From an uncultured Acidobacteriota bacterium (GTDB lineage Bacteria > Acidobacteriota > Thermoanaerobaculia > UBA5066 > DATFVB01): 64,000 nucleotides of DNA. Position 1 is the first letter of the stretch; each line of letters starts with the position of its first letter. A program made the position numbers and the translations under genes. The notes beneath the pieces are model-generated. The model was given only the letters and a program-made list of their open reading frames with translations, made no database searches and was not told the DNA's origin. The stretch lies in NCBI GenBank assembly GCA_963813155.1, contig CAWEYG010000003.1, positions 1 through 64,000 of the forward strand. The letters run 5' to 3'. Shown one piece after another: positions 35,581-45,519 of this stretch.

Positions 35581-36169
35581 ACGACGCCCGGGGCGTGTCG
35601 GTCGCCGGCCCGGGCGAGCGCAGGATCGCGCGGGCGGCGGCGAGAGCGGGAAGGTCGATTCCCGTCCTGCCGGCGGCGTCGAGGTTCACGAGCGGGAAGC
35701 CGGGGGAACACGCGGCGGACAGCGATTCCCGGAGACGGAGCGCTGGAGGCTTCAGTTCGCGCGCTCGGGACGCTTCGAGGTCGTATTCCCCGAAATACAC
35801 CTCATCGCGCTCGGCGTCGAACGACGCGTACGCGCGGGTTGCCCCCGATTCGCGGGCGAGCTCCGCGACCGCCTCCAGCGAGCCGAACGTCTCGATCGGG
35901 ATCGAACGCGCCCGCGACAAACCCCAGGCGGTCGCGAGGCCGACCCGGATTCCCGTGAAGGATCCCGGGCCGGAACAGACGGCGAGGCGTCCGATGTCGG
36001 CGAGGCGAAGCCGCGCCGCCGAGAGAATCGATTCGAGAACCGGAAGCAAGGCTTCCGAAGACTGGCGCCCGGTCGGGAGCGGCGCCTGGCGTTCGAGGCG
36101 CTCTCCCGCGAGCGCGAGGCCGGGCAACGGGGTCGCGGTGTCGATTGCCAGAACCCACATCGGCTTCAC
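35531..36169 (-). CDS. tsaB: tRNA threonylcarbamoyladenosine biosynthesis protein TsaB
   Basis: LAIDTAT, GPGSFTGIRVG, DAERDEVY. Confidence 0.93.
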   Translation of the reverse strand: MKPMWVLAIDTATPLPGLALAGERLERQAPLPTGRQSSEALLPVLESILSAARLRLADIGRLAVCSGPGSFTGIRVGLATAWGLSRARSIPIETFGSLEAVAELARESGATRAYASFDAERDEVYFGEYDLEASRARELKPPALRLRESLSAACSPGFPLVNLDAAGRTGIDLPALAAARAILRSPGPATDTPRASYVRLSAAEEYRGLGTP

Positions 36170-36201
36170 GTCCTTTCGTATGTTACCATCGCCGCCCTTC
36201 C

Positions 36202-38787
36202 ATGAGCAGCGCCAACCCGAGGCTCACACCCATGCTCCAGCAATATTTCGAGGCGAAGTCTCGCGCCGGCGACGCGATTCTTCTCTACCGGATGGGCGAT
36301 TTCTTCGAGCTCTTCTTCGAGGACGCGACGCTGGCGGCGCCGCTGCTCGGGCTGACGTTGACTTCGCGCAACAAGGATTCCGACATCGAAGCCCCGATGT
36401 GCGGGATGCCGCACCACGCCGTCGAGGGATACATCGCCCAGCTCGTGGCGGCCGGCCACCGCGTCGCGGTGTGCGACCAGGTCGAAGACGCGCGCAAGGC
36501 CAAGGGCCTCGTCCGGCGCGAGATCACGCGGATCGTCAGCCCCGGCACCGTGACGGAGCCGGAATCGCTGACCCCCGCCGCGAACTATCTCGCCGCCGCG
36601 GTTTTCGAGAAGGAATCGGCCGGAATCGCCCTCCTGGACCTTTCGACGGGGGAGTTTCGGGCGGGGACGTTTCCCGCCGCCGACGTCGGTGACGTGCTCG
36701 CGACGTACGGGGCGCGCGAGCTGCTGATTCCCGAGAGCGCGTCCGGGGATGGGTTCCGGGTCATCACGACGAGACGGCCCGACTCGGTCTTCTCGCGCGC
36801 GGCGGGCGAGAAGAAGCTTCGCGAGACGTTCCGCGTCGCCTCCGTCGAAGCCCTCGGATTCGCGCCGGGCGATCCGAGCCTCGGCGCCTGCAACGCGGCC
36901 CTCGAGTACGCCCGGGAGAACCGGCGGGCCGACACGCTCCACATCGCGGCGCCGGCGCCGCTTTCTCCGGGCCGGCATCTTCGCCTGGACGCGGCCACCC
37001 TCTCGCACCTGGAAGTCTTCGAGGGTTCCGATCCGCGGTCGAAAGCGAACCTCTTCTCGGTCCTCGACTGCTGCTCTTCGCCGATGGGATCGCGGGCGCT
37101 TCGCGAGTTCCTCGCGCGTCCCCTTCGCGATTCGGCGGAAATCGCCCGCCGGCTCGACGCCATCGAGGAGCTCGCCTCGGATTCCGGGGCGCGCGCTGCC
37201 CTGCGAGCGGGCCTTTCGGGGGTCGGCGATCTCGCCCGCAAGGTCTCGCGAATCGCGCTCCAGTGCGCGGGACCGAGGGAAGTGGAGGGGCTGCGCCTGT
37301 CGCTTTCGCGCGTGGGGCCGATCCGCGAGTCCCTCTCCGGCCTTCGGTCGGAACTGGCGGCCGCGCTCTTTCGGAGATTTCCGGAATGGAAGGACCTCGA
37401 AGCGCGAATCGGGGAAACACTCGGCGAAAATCCGCCGGCCGTGATTTCCGCCGGAGGCGCGATTCGCGACGAGGCCGACCCCGAGCTCGCCGAGCTGCGG
37501 GCGATCCAGCGCGACGGCCGGGGAGCGCTCATCCGGTTCGAGGCGCGCGAAAAGGAACGCACGGGCATTTCCACGCTGAAGGTCCGCTACAACCGCGTGT
37601 TCGGCTATTCGATCGAGGTCTCGCGGGGCCAGCGGGAAAAGGCTCCTGCCGACTACGTGCGCCGGCAGACTCTCGCGAACGCCGAGCGGTTCACGACCGC
37701 CGAGCTGGGGGACCTCGAATCGAAGATTCTCGGCGCGGAGGAGAAGATCCTCGAGATCGAGGTCCGGATCTTCGATGCGCTCGCCTCGCACCTCGCGTCG
37801 GAGGCCGGGCGGCTCGCGGACATCGCCCGCGTTCTCGCCGAGACGGACCTTTATTGTTCCCTCGCGGAGACGGCCGTCGCGAGGAACTACACGCGGCCCG
37901 CCCTCTCCGAGAGCCCCGTCATCCGCATCGTCGAGGGCCGCCACCCGGTCGTCGAGGCGTTTCGGAAGGATGACCCTTTCGTTCCGAACGACACGGCGCT
38001 TTCCGACGAGAGCCGGATCGTCGTTCTGACCGGGCCCAACATGGGCGGAAAATCCACGTATCTCCGGCAGACCGCGCTGATCGCCCTGCTCGCCCGCGCC
38101 GGGTCCTTCGTGCCGGCCCGCGAGGCCGAAATCGGGCCGATCGACAGGATCTTCACCCGCGTCGGAGCCGCCGACCACCTGGCCCGGGGCGAGTCGACGT
38201 TCATGGTCGAGATGATCGAGGCGGCGAACATCCTGCGCAATGCGACGCCCGAAAGCCTCGTGATCCTGGACGAAGTGGGGCGCGGCACCTCGACGTTCGA
38301 CGGCCTGTCGCTCGCGTGGGCGATCGTCGAAGAGCTCCGGGACAACCCGGCGAGGCGCGCGTTCACGCTCTTTGCGACCCACTACCACGAGATGACGGAG
38401 CTGGCGGCGACGGCGCCGGGGGTCGCGAACTTCACGATGGCGGTTCGCGAATGGGAGGGCCGGGTCGTCTTTCTCCGGAAAGTGATTCCGGGGGGCGCGG
38501 ACCGTTCGTACGGCATCCACGTTGCCGAGCTCGCCGGAATCCCGCCGGCCGTCATCTCCCGCGCGAAGGAGATCCTCGCGAACCTCGAGCGGCAGGAGCT
38601 GGACGTCCACGGGCTGCCGAAATTCGCGCGCAAGGAGGGGGAGGAGAGCGGCTCGGGGCAATACGCGCTCTTTTCCGGCGCCGACGAGATGGTGCTCGAA
38701 AAACTCCGCCAGGCCGACCTGAACCAGATGACGCCCGTTTCGGCGCTTTCCCTGCTCGCGACGCTGCAGGACCGACTCCAGAAGTGA
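36202..38787 (+). CDS. mutS: DNA mismatch repair protein MutS
   Basis: TPMLQQY, GDFFELF, TGPNMGGKST, GESTFMVEM, DEVGRGTS, FATHYHE. Confidence 0.98.
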   Translation: MSSANPRLTPMLQQYFEAKSRAGDAILLYRMGDFFELFFEDATLAAPLLGLTLTSRNKDSDIEAPMCGMPHHAVEGYIAQLVAAGHRVAVCDQVEDARKAKGLVRREITRIVSPGTVTEPESLTPAANYLAAAVFEKESAGIALLDLSTGEFRAGTFPAADVGDVLATYGARELLIPESASGDGFRVITTRRPDSVFSRAAGEKKLRETFRVASVEALGFAPGDPSLGACNAALEYARENRRADTLHIAAPAPLSPGRHLRLDAATLSHLEVFEGSDPRSKANLFSVLDCCSSPMGSRALREFLARPLRDSAEIARRLDAIEELASDSGARAALRAGLSGVGDLARKVSRIALQCAGPREVEGLRLSLSRVGPIRESLSGLRSELAAALFRRFPEWKDLEARIGETLGENPPAVISAGGAIRDEADPELAELRAIQRDGRGALIRFEAREKERTGISTLKVRYNRVFGYSIEVSRGQREKAPADYVRRQTLANAERFTTAELGDLESKILGAEEKILEIEVRIFDALASHLASEAGRLADIARVLAETDLYCSLAETAVARNYTRPALSESPVIRIVEGRHPVVEAFRKDDPFVPNDTALSDESRIVVLTGPNMGGKSTYLRQTALIALLARAGSFVPAREAEIGPIDRIFTRVGAADHLARGESTFMVEMIEAANILRNATPESLVILDEVGRGTSTFDGLSLAWAIVEELRDNPARRAFTLFATHYHEMTELAATAPGVANFTMAVREWEGRVVFLRKVIPGGADRSYGIHVAELAGIPPAVISRAKEILANLERQELDVHGLPKFARKEGEESGSGQYALFSGADEMVLEKLRQADLNQMTPVSALSLLATLQDRLQK

Positions 38788-39791
38788 AGGCGTCCCGTTT
38801 CTTCCTCGTGGGAGTGGAGGCGGAGTCGCTGAGCGGGCGCGAGCGCGAATTGTTCGGCCGGTATCCGCCGGGCGGGGTCGTGCTGTTCGCGAGGAACATG
38901 GTCTCGGCCTCCGGGCTCCTTTCGCTCGCCGTCGAGCTGCGGGATCGGATTCCGGGCGTCTGGCTGTGCGTGGATCAGGAGGGCGGCCCGGTCGATCGCT
39001 TCCGGGCGATCGCGGGAAGCTCGATATCGGCGGCGTGCGCGGCGCGAAACGGAATTTCGCGGGCGGCGGGCGAGGCGGCCGGAGCGCTCTGCGCGTCGTT
39101 CGGAATCGACCTCGACCTGGCCCCGGTCGTCGACCGCGCGGTACCCGCGGCCGGCGGCGTCGTGTTGACGGAGAGGGTCGTCGCCGAAAATCCCGAAGAG
39201 GTCGCCGCGGCGGCCCGCGAGTTTCTCGGGGGGCTGGCGGAATTCGGGGTCGCCGGTTGCCTGAAACATTTTCCGGGCCTCGGGCGGGGCGCCGTGGACT
39301 CGCACTTTCTCCTCCCGGTGATCGACGAGGACGCCCGCCAGTTGAAGGCCGACCTGTCGCCCTTCGCGGCGTTGAGAGAAGTGCCGGCCGTGATGGTGTC
39401 GCATGCGGCGATCGGCCGCGAAGGTCTGCCCGCTTCGCTCTCGAGCGCGATCGCGAGGGACCTTCTTCGCGGCGAAGTCGGATTCGCGGGCGCGGCGATC
39501 TCGGACGATCTCGAAATGGGCGCGCTCTCCGCCTTCGGCTCGCTCGCGAACCGAGCCGCCGCCGCCTTCGCCGCGGGCTGCGATCTTCTGTGCGTGGGAA
39601 AGGACAACGCGTCCCTGCCGGAGGCCGCGGAGGCGATCGAGCGGATGGTTCCGGCCCGGCGAATGGCGGAAGCGGACGAGAGGCTGGACCGATTCCGGGG
39701 AGATCTGACGCGGATTCGGGGGCAGGCTCGGCGCGAGCCACCCCCGCTCGACGAGGTCATCGCGTCGATCGAAGAGCTGCGAAACCTCTAA
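38784..39791 (+). CDS. nagZ: Beta-N-acetylhexosaminidase (GH3 N-terminal domain)
   Basis: VDQEGG, LAPVVD, KHFPGLG...DSH, SDDLEMGA. Confidence 0.88.
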   Translation: MKASRFFLVGVEAESLSGRERELFGRYPPGGVVLFARNMVSASGLLSLAVELRDRIPGVWLCVDQEGGPVDRFRAIAGSSISAACAARNGISRAAGEAAGALCASFGIDLDLAPVVDRAVPAAGGVVLTERVVAENPEEVAAAAREFLGGLAEFGVAGCLKHFPGLGRGAVDSHFLLPVIDEDARQLKADLSPFAALREVPAVMVSHAAIGREGLPASLSSAIARDLLRGEVGFAGAAISDDLEMGALSAFGSLANRAAAAFAAGCDLLCVGKDNASLPEAAEAIERMVPARRMAEADERLDRFRGDLTRIRGQARREPPPLDEVIASIEELRNL

Positions 39792-39799
39792 AACGGCGT

Positions 39800-40216
39800 C
39801 TAGAAGGGCACGTCGTCGTCGTCGTCCGGGGTGCCGGCGGGGGCGACAGCCTGCGGGAATTCACCGCGCGCGGCTCCGTCGACCCGGGGAGAGAGCATCA
39901 GAACATTGTTCGCCTTGATCTCGGTCTTGTAGCGCTTTTGCCCGCTCGCGTCGTCCCACGACCGTGTCTGCAGGCTTCCCTCGACGTAAACCATTTTTCC
40001 CTTGTGAAGGTACTCGCCGCAGATCTGGGCGAGCTTGTCCCACGCGACGATCGAATGCCATTCCGTCCGCTCCTGACGTTCGCCGGTCGTGCGGTCCTTC
40101 CACGTGTCGGTCGTGGCGATGCGGAATTTCGCGAGGGCGGTGCCGCCCTGCGTCGTCGAAATTTCGGGATCCGCTCCGAGGTGGCCGATCAGGATGACTT
40201 TGTTGACGCTTGCCAT
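39800..40216 (-). CDS. ssb: Single-stranded DNA-binding protein
   Basis: [19 protein letters not shown], acidic tail DDDDVPF. Confidence 0.97.
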   Translation of the reverse strand: MASVNKVILIGHLGADPEISTTQGGTALAKFRIATTDTWKDRTTGERQERTEWHSIVAWDKLAQICGEYLHKGKMVYVEGSLQTRSWDDASGQKRYKTEIKANNVLMLSPRVDGAARGEFPQAVAPAGTPDDDDDVPF

Positions 40217-40415
40217 GTCTTCTTCCTCCTCATGTTGTAAGGCGAAATCTTAACCCGAAACGCGATCGCTCGGACTGCTCGGGTTTAGCCCCAGCGCCGG
40301 CTCGGCAAATCTCTTCGACCCTCGGCCGCAGTTCGCTTCCCTCGGGATCTCAGAGATCAGCCTGCGCCGACGCGTTGACCCGACCCCTCGCTCCGAGCGA
40401 GCTTACAATCTCGGG

Positions 40416-41972
40416 GTGACATCCCCGCTCAAGACGCTCTCCCGCGAGACGGCCGTGTACGGCCTTTCGACCGTCATCGGACGCTTTCTGAATTTCCTGC
40501 TCGTGCCGTTCTACGTGAACGTGCTTCGCACGCGGGTCGAATTCGGAATGCAGACGACGCTGTATGCCTACATGGCTTTTCTTTCGGTCGTCCTGCCGCT
40601 CGGGCTGGAGGGGGCGTATTTTCGATACGCGGCCCGCGCGGAGGGCGAGGCTCCCGAGCGGGAGCGGGAGCGGCGGCTCTTCGGGACGCCGTTCTGGACG
40701 ATTTTCCTGTTCGGCCTGCCGGCGGCCGTCGCCCTGTTTCTTCTCGCGCCTTCGATCGCGATTCCCGTCTTCGCGGACCCCTCGCACGACCTGTCCGCCT
40801 TCCTGCCGACCCTCATTCGCATCTTGCGGCTCGCTTCGGGGATCCTGCTGTTCGACGCGCTCGCCGTCGTTCCCTTTGCGGCGCTGCGGCTGGAGCATCG
40901 CGCGAAAGCGTTCACGGCGCTGAAACTCGGCAACATCGCGCTCACGCTCGCGCTCAACTTTCTCTTCGTCCTGAGATGGCGGGCCGGAGTCGAGGGGATC
41001 TTCCGGGCGAACCTGATCGCATCGGCCGCGACGCTCGCGGCGGTCCTCGGGATCTGCGCGTCGAAAGTCGCGTTCCGTTTCGATCGTTCGATCTTTCTCC
41101 GCATGCTCCCGTTCGGCCTCGGCAACGTTCCCGCTTACCTCGGGGCGATGATGGTGCAGGTCATCGACCGGCCGATCGTCCAGCGCCTGAAGGGCCTCGA
41201 CGAGGCCGGCGTCTACCAGGCCAACTACCGCATGGGGATCGCGATGATGGTCCTCGTTTCCATGTTCGACTACGCGTGGCGGCCGTTTTTTCTGCGCCAG
41301 CACGCGACGCACGGAAACGCCGCGAAGCCCCTCTTCGCGCGCGTCTTCACGTACTCCGTCCTCGTCCTGATGCTCGCCTTCCTGGGGATGTCGTTCTTTC
41401 TGCCGTGGTTCGTCGGCGTGCGCCTTCCCTTCGTTCGCCGTTCGCTGCTGCGGGCGGACTACCTCTCCGGAACCGGCGTCATCCCGATCGTGCTTTTCGC
41501 CTACGTGTTCCAGGGCTTCTACACGAATTTCATCGTCGGGGTCTATGTCCGCGAGAGGACGCGCTGGCTGCCGGTCGCGACGGGCCTCGCGGCGGCCGTC
41601 AACGTCATTACGAACCTCTGGTGGATTCCCCGATGGGGGATCCTCGGGGCGGCCGCCGCCACGCTCGCGGCCTACGTTGTCATGGCCGCGACTCTCTACG
41701 CGGTGTCCCGGCGCATCTATCCGATCGAGTACGAATGGGGAAGGGTGCTCAAGATCTTCGTGATCGTGCTCGGGGCGTACTTCGGCGCCCTCGCGATCGG
41801 GGCTCCCTGGGCGAAGGTCGCGGCGTTCGGCGCGGCGATCGCGCTCCTCTTCGCGACCGGGTTCTTTCACGCCGGCGAGCTCGAGGCGCTCAAGTCTCTC
41901 TTTCGAGCGAGGAGGGCGATCGAGCCCGCGGATCCCGTCGCCTATGCGACGGAGCGAAGGGAAGACGTGTGA
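40416..41972 (+). CDS. Polysaccharide/oligosaccharide flippase (Wzx/MOP family)
   Basis: YGLSTVIGRFLNFLLVPFY, IDRPIV, GVYQANYR, many TM helices. Confidence 0.85.
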   Translation: MTSPLKTLSRETAVYGLSTVIGRFLNFLLVPFYVNVLRTRVEFGMQTTLYAYMAFLSVVLPLGLEGAYFRYAARAEGEAPERERERRLFGTPFWTIFLFGLPAAVALFLLAPSIAIPVFADPSHDLSAFLPTLIRILRLASGILLFDALAVVPFAALRLEHRAKAFTALKLGNIALTLALNFLFVLRWRAGVEGIFRANLIASAATLAAVLGICASKVAFRFDRSIFLRMLPFGLGNVPAYLGAMMVQVIDRPIVQRLKGLDEAGVYQANYRMGIAMMVLVSMFDYAWRPFFLRQHATHGNAAKPLFARVFTYSVLVLMLAFLGMSFFLPWFVGVRLPFVRRSLLRADYLSGTGVIPIVLFAYVFQGFYTNFIVGVYVRERTRWLPVATGLAAAVNVITNLWWIPRWGILGAAAATLAAYVVMAATLYAVSRRIYPIEYEWGRVLKIFVIVLGAYFGALAIGAPWAKVAAFGAAIALLFATGFFHAGELEALKSLFRARRAIEPADPVAYATERREDV

Positions 41973-42940
41973 CGGCGCGCCTGCCCGCGTCCTTCCGGAT
42001 CGGGCACTGGACCGATTCGACCCGCCGAACCGGCTGCACGGTCGTCCTCGCGGGAGGGCCCTGCGCCGGAGCGGCGGACGTTCGCGGGGGAGCTCCGGGC
42101 ACCCGGGAGACGCAGCTCTTCACGCCGGGGAACCTCGTTTCCCGGATCGACGCGGTCGTTCTCTGCGGCGGAAGCGCGTTTGGGCTCGCCGCGGCCGGCG
42201 GCGTCGCGCGCTATCTGCGGGAGCGGGGGATCGGCTACGCGGTCGGGCCCGCCGTCGTTCCGATTGTGTCGGCGGCCGTGCTCTTCGATCTCGCCGTCGG
42301 AGATCCGGAGGCGTATCCGGACGAGGCGGCCGGCTACTCCGCGTCCGGCGGCGCATTGGCCGAAACGCCGGACGAGGGAGCCGTCGGCGCCGGCGCCGGG
42401 GCCACGGTCGGAAAGCTCTTCGGCGTCGGGCGATCCAGTCCCGGCGGAGTCGGCTATGCCTCGGTTTCCGTCGGCGGAGGCGAAGTCGCGGCGGTCGCCG
42501 CGGTCAACGCGTTCGGGGACGTGACCGGCGACGACGGGGCAATCTTCGCGGGCGCGCGCGATTCCTCCGGCGCGTGGGCCGGAACCTCCGCGCGTCTCCT
42601 CAACGGCGACCTGGACGGCTCGCCGCTCGCGGGTCCGGCCGGCGGGGCCGCGGGCTCGAACACGACGCTCGTCTGCGTCCTGACGGACATTCCGTTCGAT
42701 TCGGGTTCCTTGCGCCGCGTCGCGATCGAAGCGCACGACGGGATCTCCCGGGCGGTGCGGCCGGTCCACACGCTCGTCGACGGAGACGCCGTGTTTGCGA
42801 TGGCGCCGGAAGGCTCTCCGCCGGACCTTCTCACGCGGCTGCGGGTCGGGGCCGCGGCGGCGGAGGCGACCGCGCGGGCGATCCGCAGAGCGGTTACAGC
42901 TGGTACGTCTTCGGTGTCTTCTGCGGCGGCGCGGGCGTGA
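41969..42940 (+). CDS. P1/S58 (DmpA-like) peptidase
   Basis: TGCTVV, DVRGGAPGTRET, GGSAFGL, VNAFGDV, NTTL, HTLVDGD. Confidence 0.9.
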   Translation: MTARLPASFRIGHWTDSTRRTGCTVVLAGGPCAGAADVRGGAPGTRETQLFTPGNLVSRIDAVVLCGGSAFGLAAAGGVARYLRERGIGYAVGPAVVPIVSAAVLFDLAVGDPEAYPDEAAGYSASGGALAETPDEGAVGAGAGATVGKLFGVGRSSPGGVGYASVSVGGGEVAAVAAVNAFGDVTGDDGAIFAGARDSSGAWAGTSARLLNGDLDGSPLAGPAGGAAGSNTTLVCVLTDIPFDSGSLRRVAIEAHDGISRAVRPVHTLVDGDAVFAMAPEGSPPDLLTRLRVGAAAAEATARAIRRAVTAGTSSVSSAAARA

Positions 42941-43803
42941 CGACGCGGATCGGCACGGGCGTGAAGCACAGGACGAACACCGCGAGGCAGGCGAGCGCGA
43001 GCAGCCTGCGCTTCGGGTCGAGCTTCTCGGAGGCGTCGGCGGTCGGAGGGTGCGCGATCCCCATGACGAGCACGATGACGGCCCACACGAGCCATCCGGG
43101 CCAGAGAACCGCGAGCCCGAGGAGCGCGGCGAAGAGCACGTAGCCGATCGGGCGCTGCAGCTTTCCCACCGCGGCGTAGAGGATGTGGCCGCCGTCGAGC
43201 TGCGCGAGCGGCAGCAGATTCAGCGCCGTCACGAGCAGGCCGAACCACGCGGCGAATCCCGGCGGAGACAGCGACAGGTCGGCGCCGTGCCGCGTCGCCG
43301 GGACGAGCAGCGTGCTCCGCCCAGCGGAACAGGAGGGGCTCGCCGAAATCGAAATACTCGCCTGTGGGCCGAAGCGTCGTCGCATGTGAGCTCGTGACGC
43401 CCCACCAGAGAATCGGGAGGCACGCGACGAACCCGGCGAGCGGCCCGGCAGCTCCGACGTCGAAGAGGATCTTCTTCCGCGTGATCGGCGCTCGGATGCT
43501 GATCACGGCGCCGAAAGTCCCGATGCCGACCGGCGCGGGAATGAAGTAAGGCAGCGTCGCGGGCAGGCCGTAGCGCCGGCACGCGATCGTGTGGCCGAGC
43601 TCGTGGATTCCGAGAATCGTGAGCAGGGGAATTGAAAACGCGAGCCCGGATCTCCAGACGGCCGGGTCGGCGACCGCGAGGGCGAGGGAACGGTCGGAGA
43701 AGAGGCCGAACCCCCCGAAAAACGTTGTCGTCGCAAGAGTCAGGACGAAGAGAAGGAGGTGAAAAAGCGGGTGAGTGGGGAGCCGATGGAACGGGTTTGC
43801 CAA
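42894..43803 (-). CDS. Site-2 protease (M50) family protein, frameshift near 43310
   Basis: IHELGH and GTFGAVI in one frame; NLLPLAQLDGGH in the other. Confidence 0.85.
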
Positions 43804-43804
43804 A

Positions 43805-44098
43805 TCAGGAAGCCGGTGCCGCCGTGTCGTCGCGCATGTCCCGCAGCTCCTTGCCCGGTTTGAACCGGATCGTGTTTCCCGGGGGGATCGCGACCTCGAC
43901 GCCCGTTTTCGGGTTTCGGCCGATACCGCGCTTGCGTTTCTTAACCTCGAAAACGCCGAACCCGCGCAACTCGATTCGGTCCCCGGATCCCAGGGCCTGC
44001 CTCAACGCGTCAATGACGGTCTCGACCGCCGTGATCGCCTTCGGGCGCGGAATTGACGCCTCCTCGAACAGCCGGTCCACGATGTCCGCTTTGATCAT
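43805..44098 (-). CDS. HU/IHF-family DNA-binding protein
   Basis: IELRGFGVF, GRNPKTG, RFKPGKEL. Confidence 0.95.
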   Translation of the reverse strand: MIKADIVDRLFEEASIPRPKAITAVETVIDALRQALGSGDRIELRGFGVFEVKKRKRGIGRNPKTGVEVAIPPGNTIRFKPGKELRDMRDDTAAPAS

Positions 44099-44170
44099 CT
44101 CGTGTATCCCTCGACTCTCGTTCGACTTCTACCGGATTCGGCGCAGTCTATTCCACGGTCCGGCGGGGGG

Positions 44171-45445
44171 TCAAGCCGGGTCCCGCCGGTCCCGCTGGCT
44201 CAGAATCAGGGCCGCGAACCCTTCCGCCATGGCTCCCGCCAGCCGATGGAGGGACGTGACCTCGCCGGGAGTAAGGGCCGATTCGCTCGGCTCGACCATC
44301 AGAAAGGCCACGACCCGCTTCTTCAGCACGACCGGAAAGAGGGCGCAACGTTCGGGGCGCCTCCCGAGGGCCGCGACCAGCGGTTCGTGCGCCGGGAGGG
44401 CCGGAAACAGGCCCTGGTAGAAGGCGGTCGACACGTGGACGTTCAGGAAGAGGGAGGGCTCCGAAAACGGGATCCGGAGCGACTGGAAGGCGGCCGGCGC
44501 GACGCCGTCGCCGCGGACTTTCCACCCGATCGCGTCTTCTTTTCGCGCGATGAAGAGCGCGACGAGGGGGTACTTGCCTTCGAGGCAGGCCAGGGCCGCA
44601 TCGGCGATCTCGTTGCGGGAATCGGCGTGGCGCATTCTGGCCGCGGCCTCGTCGATGGACATTGGCGCGGGCGCGCCGCTGGCGGGGCCTTCCTCCTCCT
44701 CGGGCGTGTACTCGAGCTCCAGCGAGGGAACTGCGGGCGCCACGGCGGGGAGCGGGGTGGGGCGGCCCCGGGGCGCGGGTTTCCAGGTCGAAATCTCGAT
44801 CTCGTCGGCTCCGGAAGCAGGGGAATCGGTCTTCCAGACGTCCGAGAGCCGGCTTGCGCCGCTCCTCCCGGTCGGGACTGCCGCCGCCTTCGCCGGTTCG
44901 GATCCTCCGAAAATCTGGGGTGGAGGGGGCGGGGGCTGCGCGACGCGGGGGCCGGCGTCGGCCGAACGGATCATCGCGCGGTCGATCTTGTCGGAGAGGA
45001 GGCGAAATCGGGCGGTCCGCTGTTTTCCGTAGAACCGTTCCAGCGCCTCGAGAATGCGGAACTCGGCCATCACGCACGGTTCGATCCTTCGCCCGGTCAC
45101 GAACCCGATCTCGTCCTCGGTCGCAAGGTCGTTCGGGTCGAGCATGGCAACCTTCAGGACCCGTCCCTGCCGGGAGAAGGGGATCGCGAGGGACCGCAAC
45201 GCGATCTTCGGCGGCAGCAGCGAGACGATCTCGCTCGGAGTCGCCCGCACGATCTCCCAGTGGGCGTACTCCCGGCCGGTGGCCTTCCCGAGCGCCCGGG
45301 CGAGAGTCTGCTCCGAAATCAGCCCCTGTTCGAGGAGCACGGTCCCGAGGCGTCCGCCGGACGCCTTCTGCACTTCGAGAGCGCGATTCAGCGCGGCCGG
45401 GGTCACGGCGCCCACCTCGAGAAGAGCCTGTCCAAGCTTCGGCAC
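44171..45445 (-). CDS. MshEN/GspE-N-terminal domain protein without ATPase
   Basis: KLGQALLEVG...ALEVQ...RLGTVLLEQGLISE, VAMLDP; Pro-rich linker; C-terminal GAF-like region. Confidence 0.75.
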   Translation of the reverse strand: MPKLGQALLEVGAVTPAALNRALEVQKASGGRLGTVLLEQGLISEQTLARALGKATGREYAHWEIVRATPSEIVSLLPPKIALRSLAIPFSRQGRVLKVAMLDPNDLATEDEIGFVTGRRIEPCVMAEFRILEALERFYGKQRTARFRLLSDKIDRAMIRSADAGPRVAQPPPPPPQIFGGSEPAKAAAVPTGRSGASRLSDVWKTDSPASGADEIEISTWKPAPRGRPTPLPAVAPAVPSLELEYTPEEEEGPASGAPAPMSIDEAAARMRHADSRNEIADAALACLEGKYPLVALFIARKEDAIGWKVRGDGVAPAAFQSLRIPFSEPSLFLNVHVSTAFYQGLFPALPAHEPLVAALGRRPERCALFPVVLKKRVVAFLMVEPSESALTPGEVTSLHRLAGAMAEGFAALILSQRDRRDPA

Positions 45446-45519
45446 GCGGCCATTATCGCGGAGATCCGGCGGCGACGGAAGCGGAAGAAGCGGAGATTCT
45501 CGCGTGTTATTGTCAGCGA

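Noticed and set aside
40250-40400. Inverted repeats between ssb and the flippase (TCGCTCGGA/TCCGAGCGA)
   Set aside because: Only about 9 bp in GC-rich DNA; no convincing overall structure.
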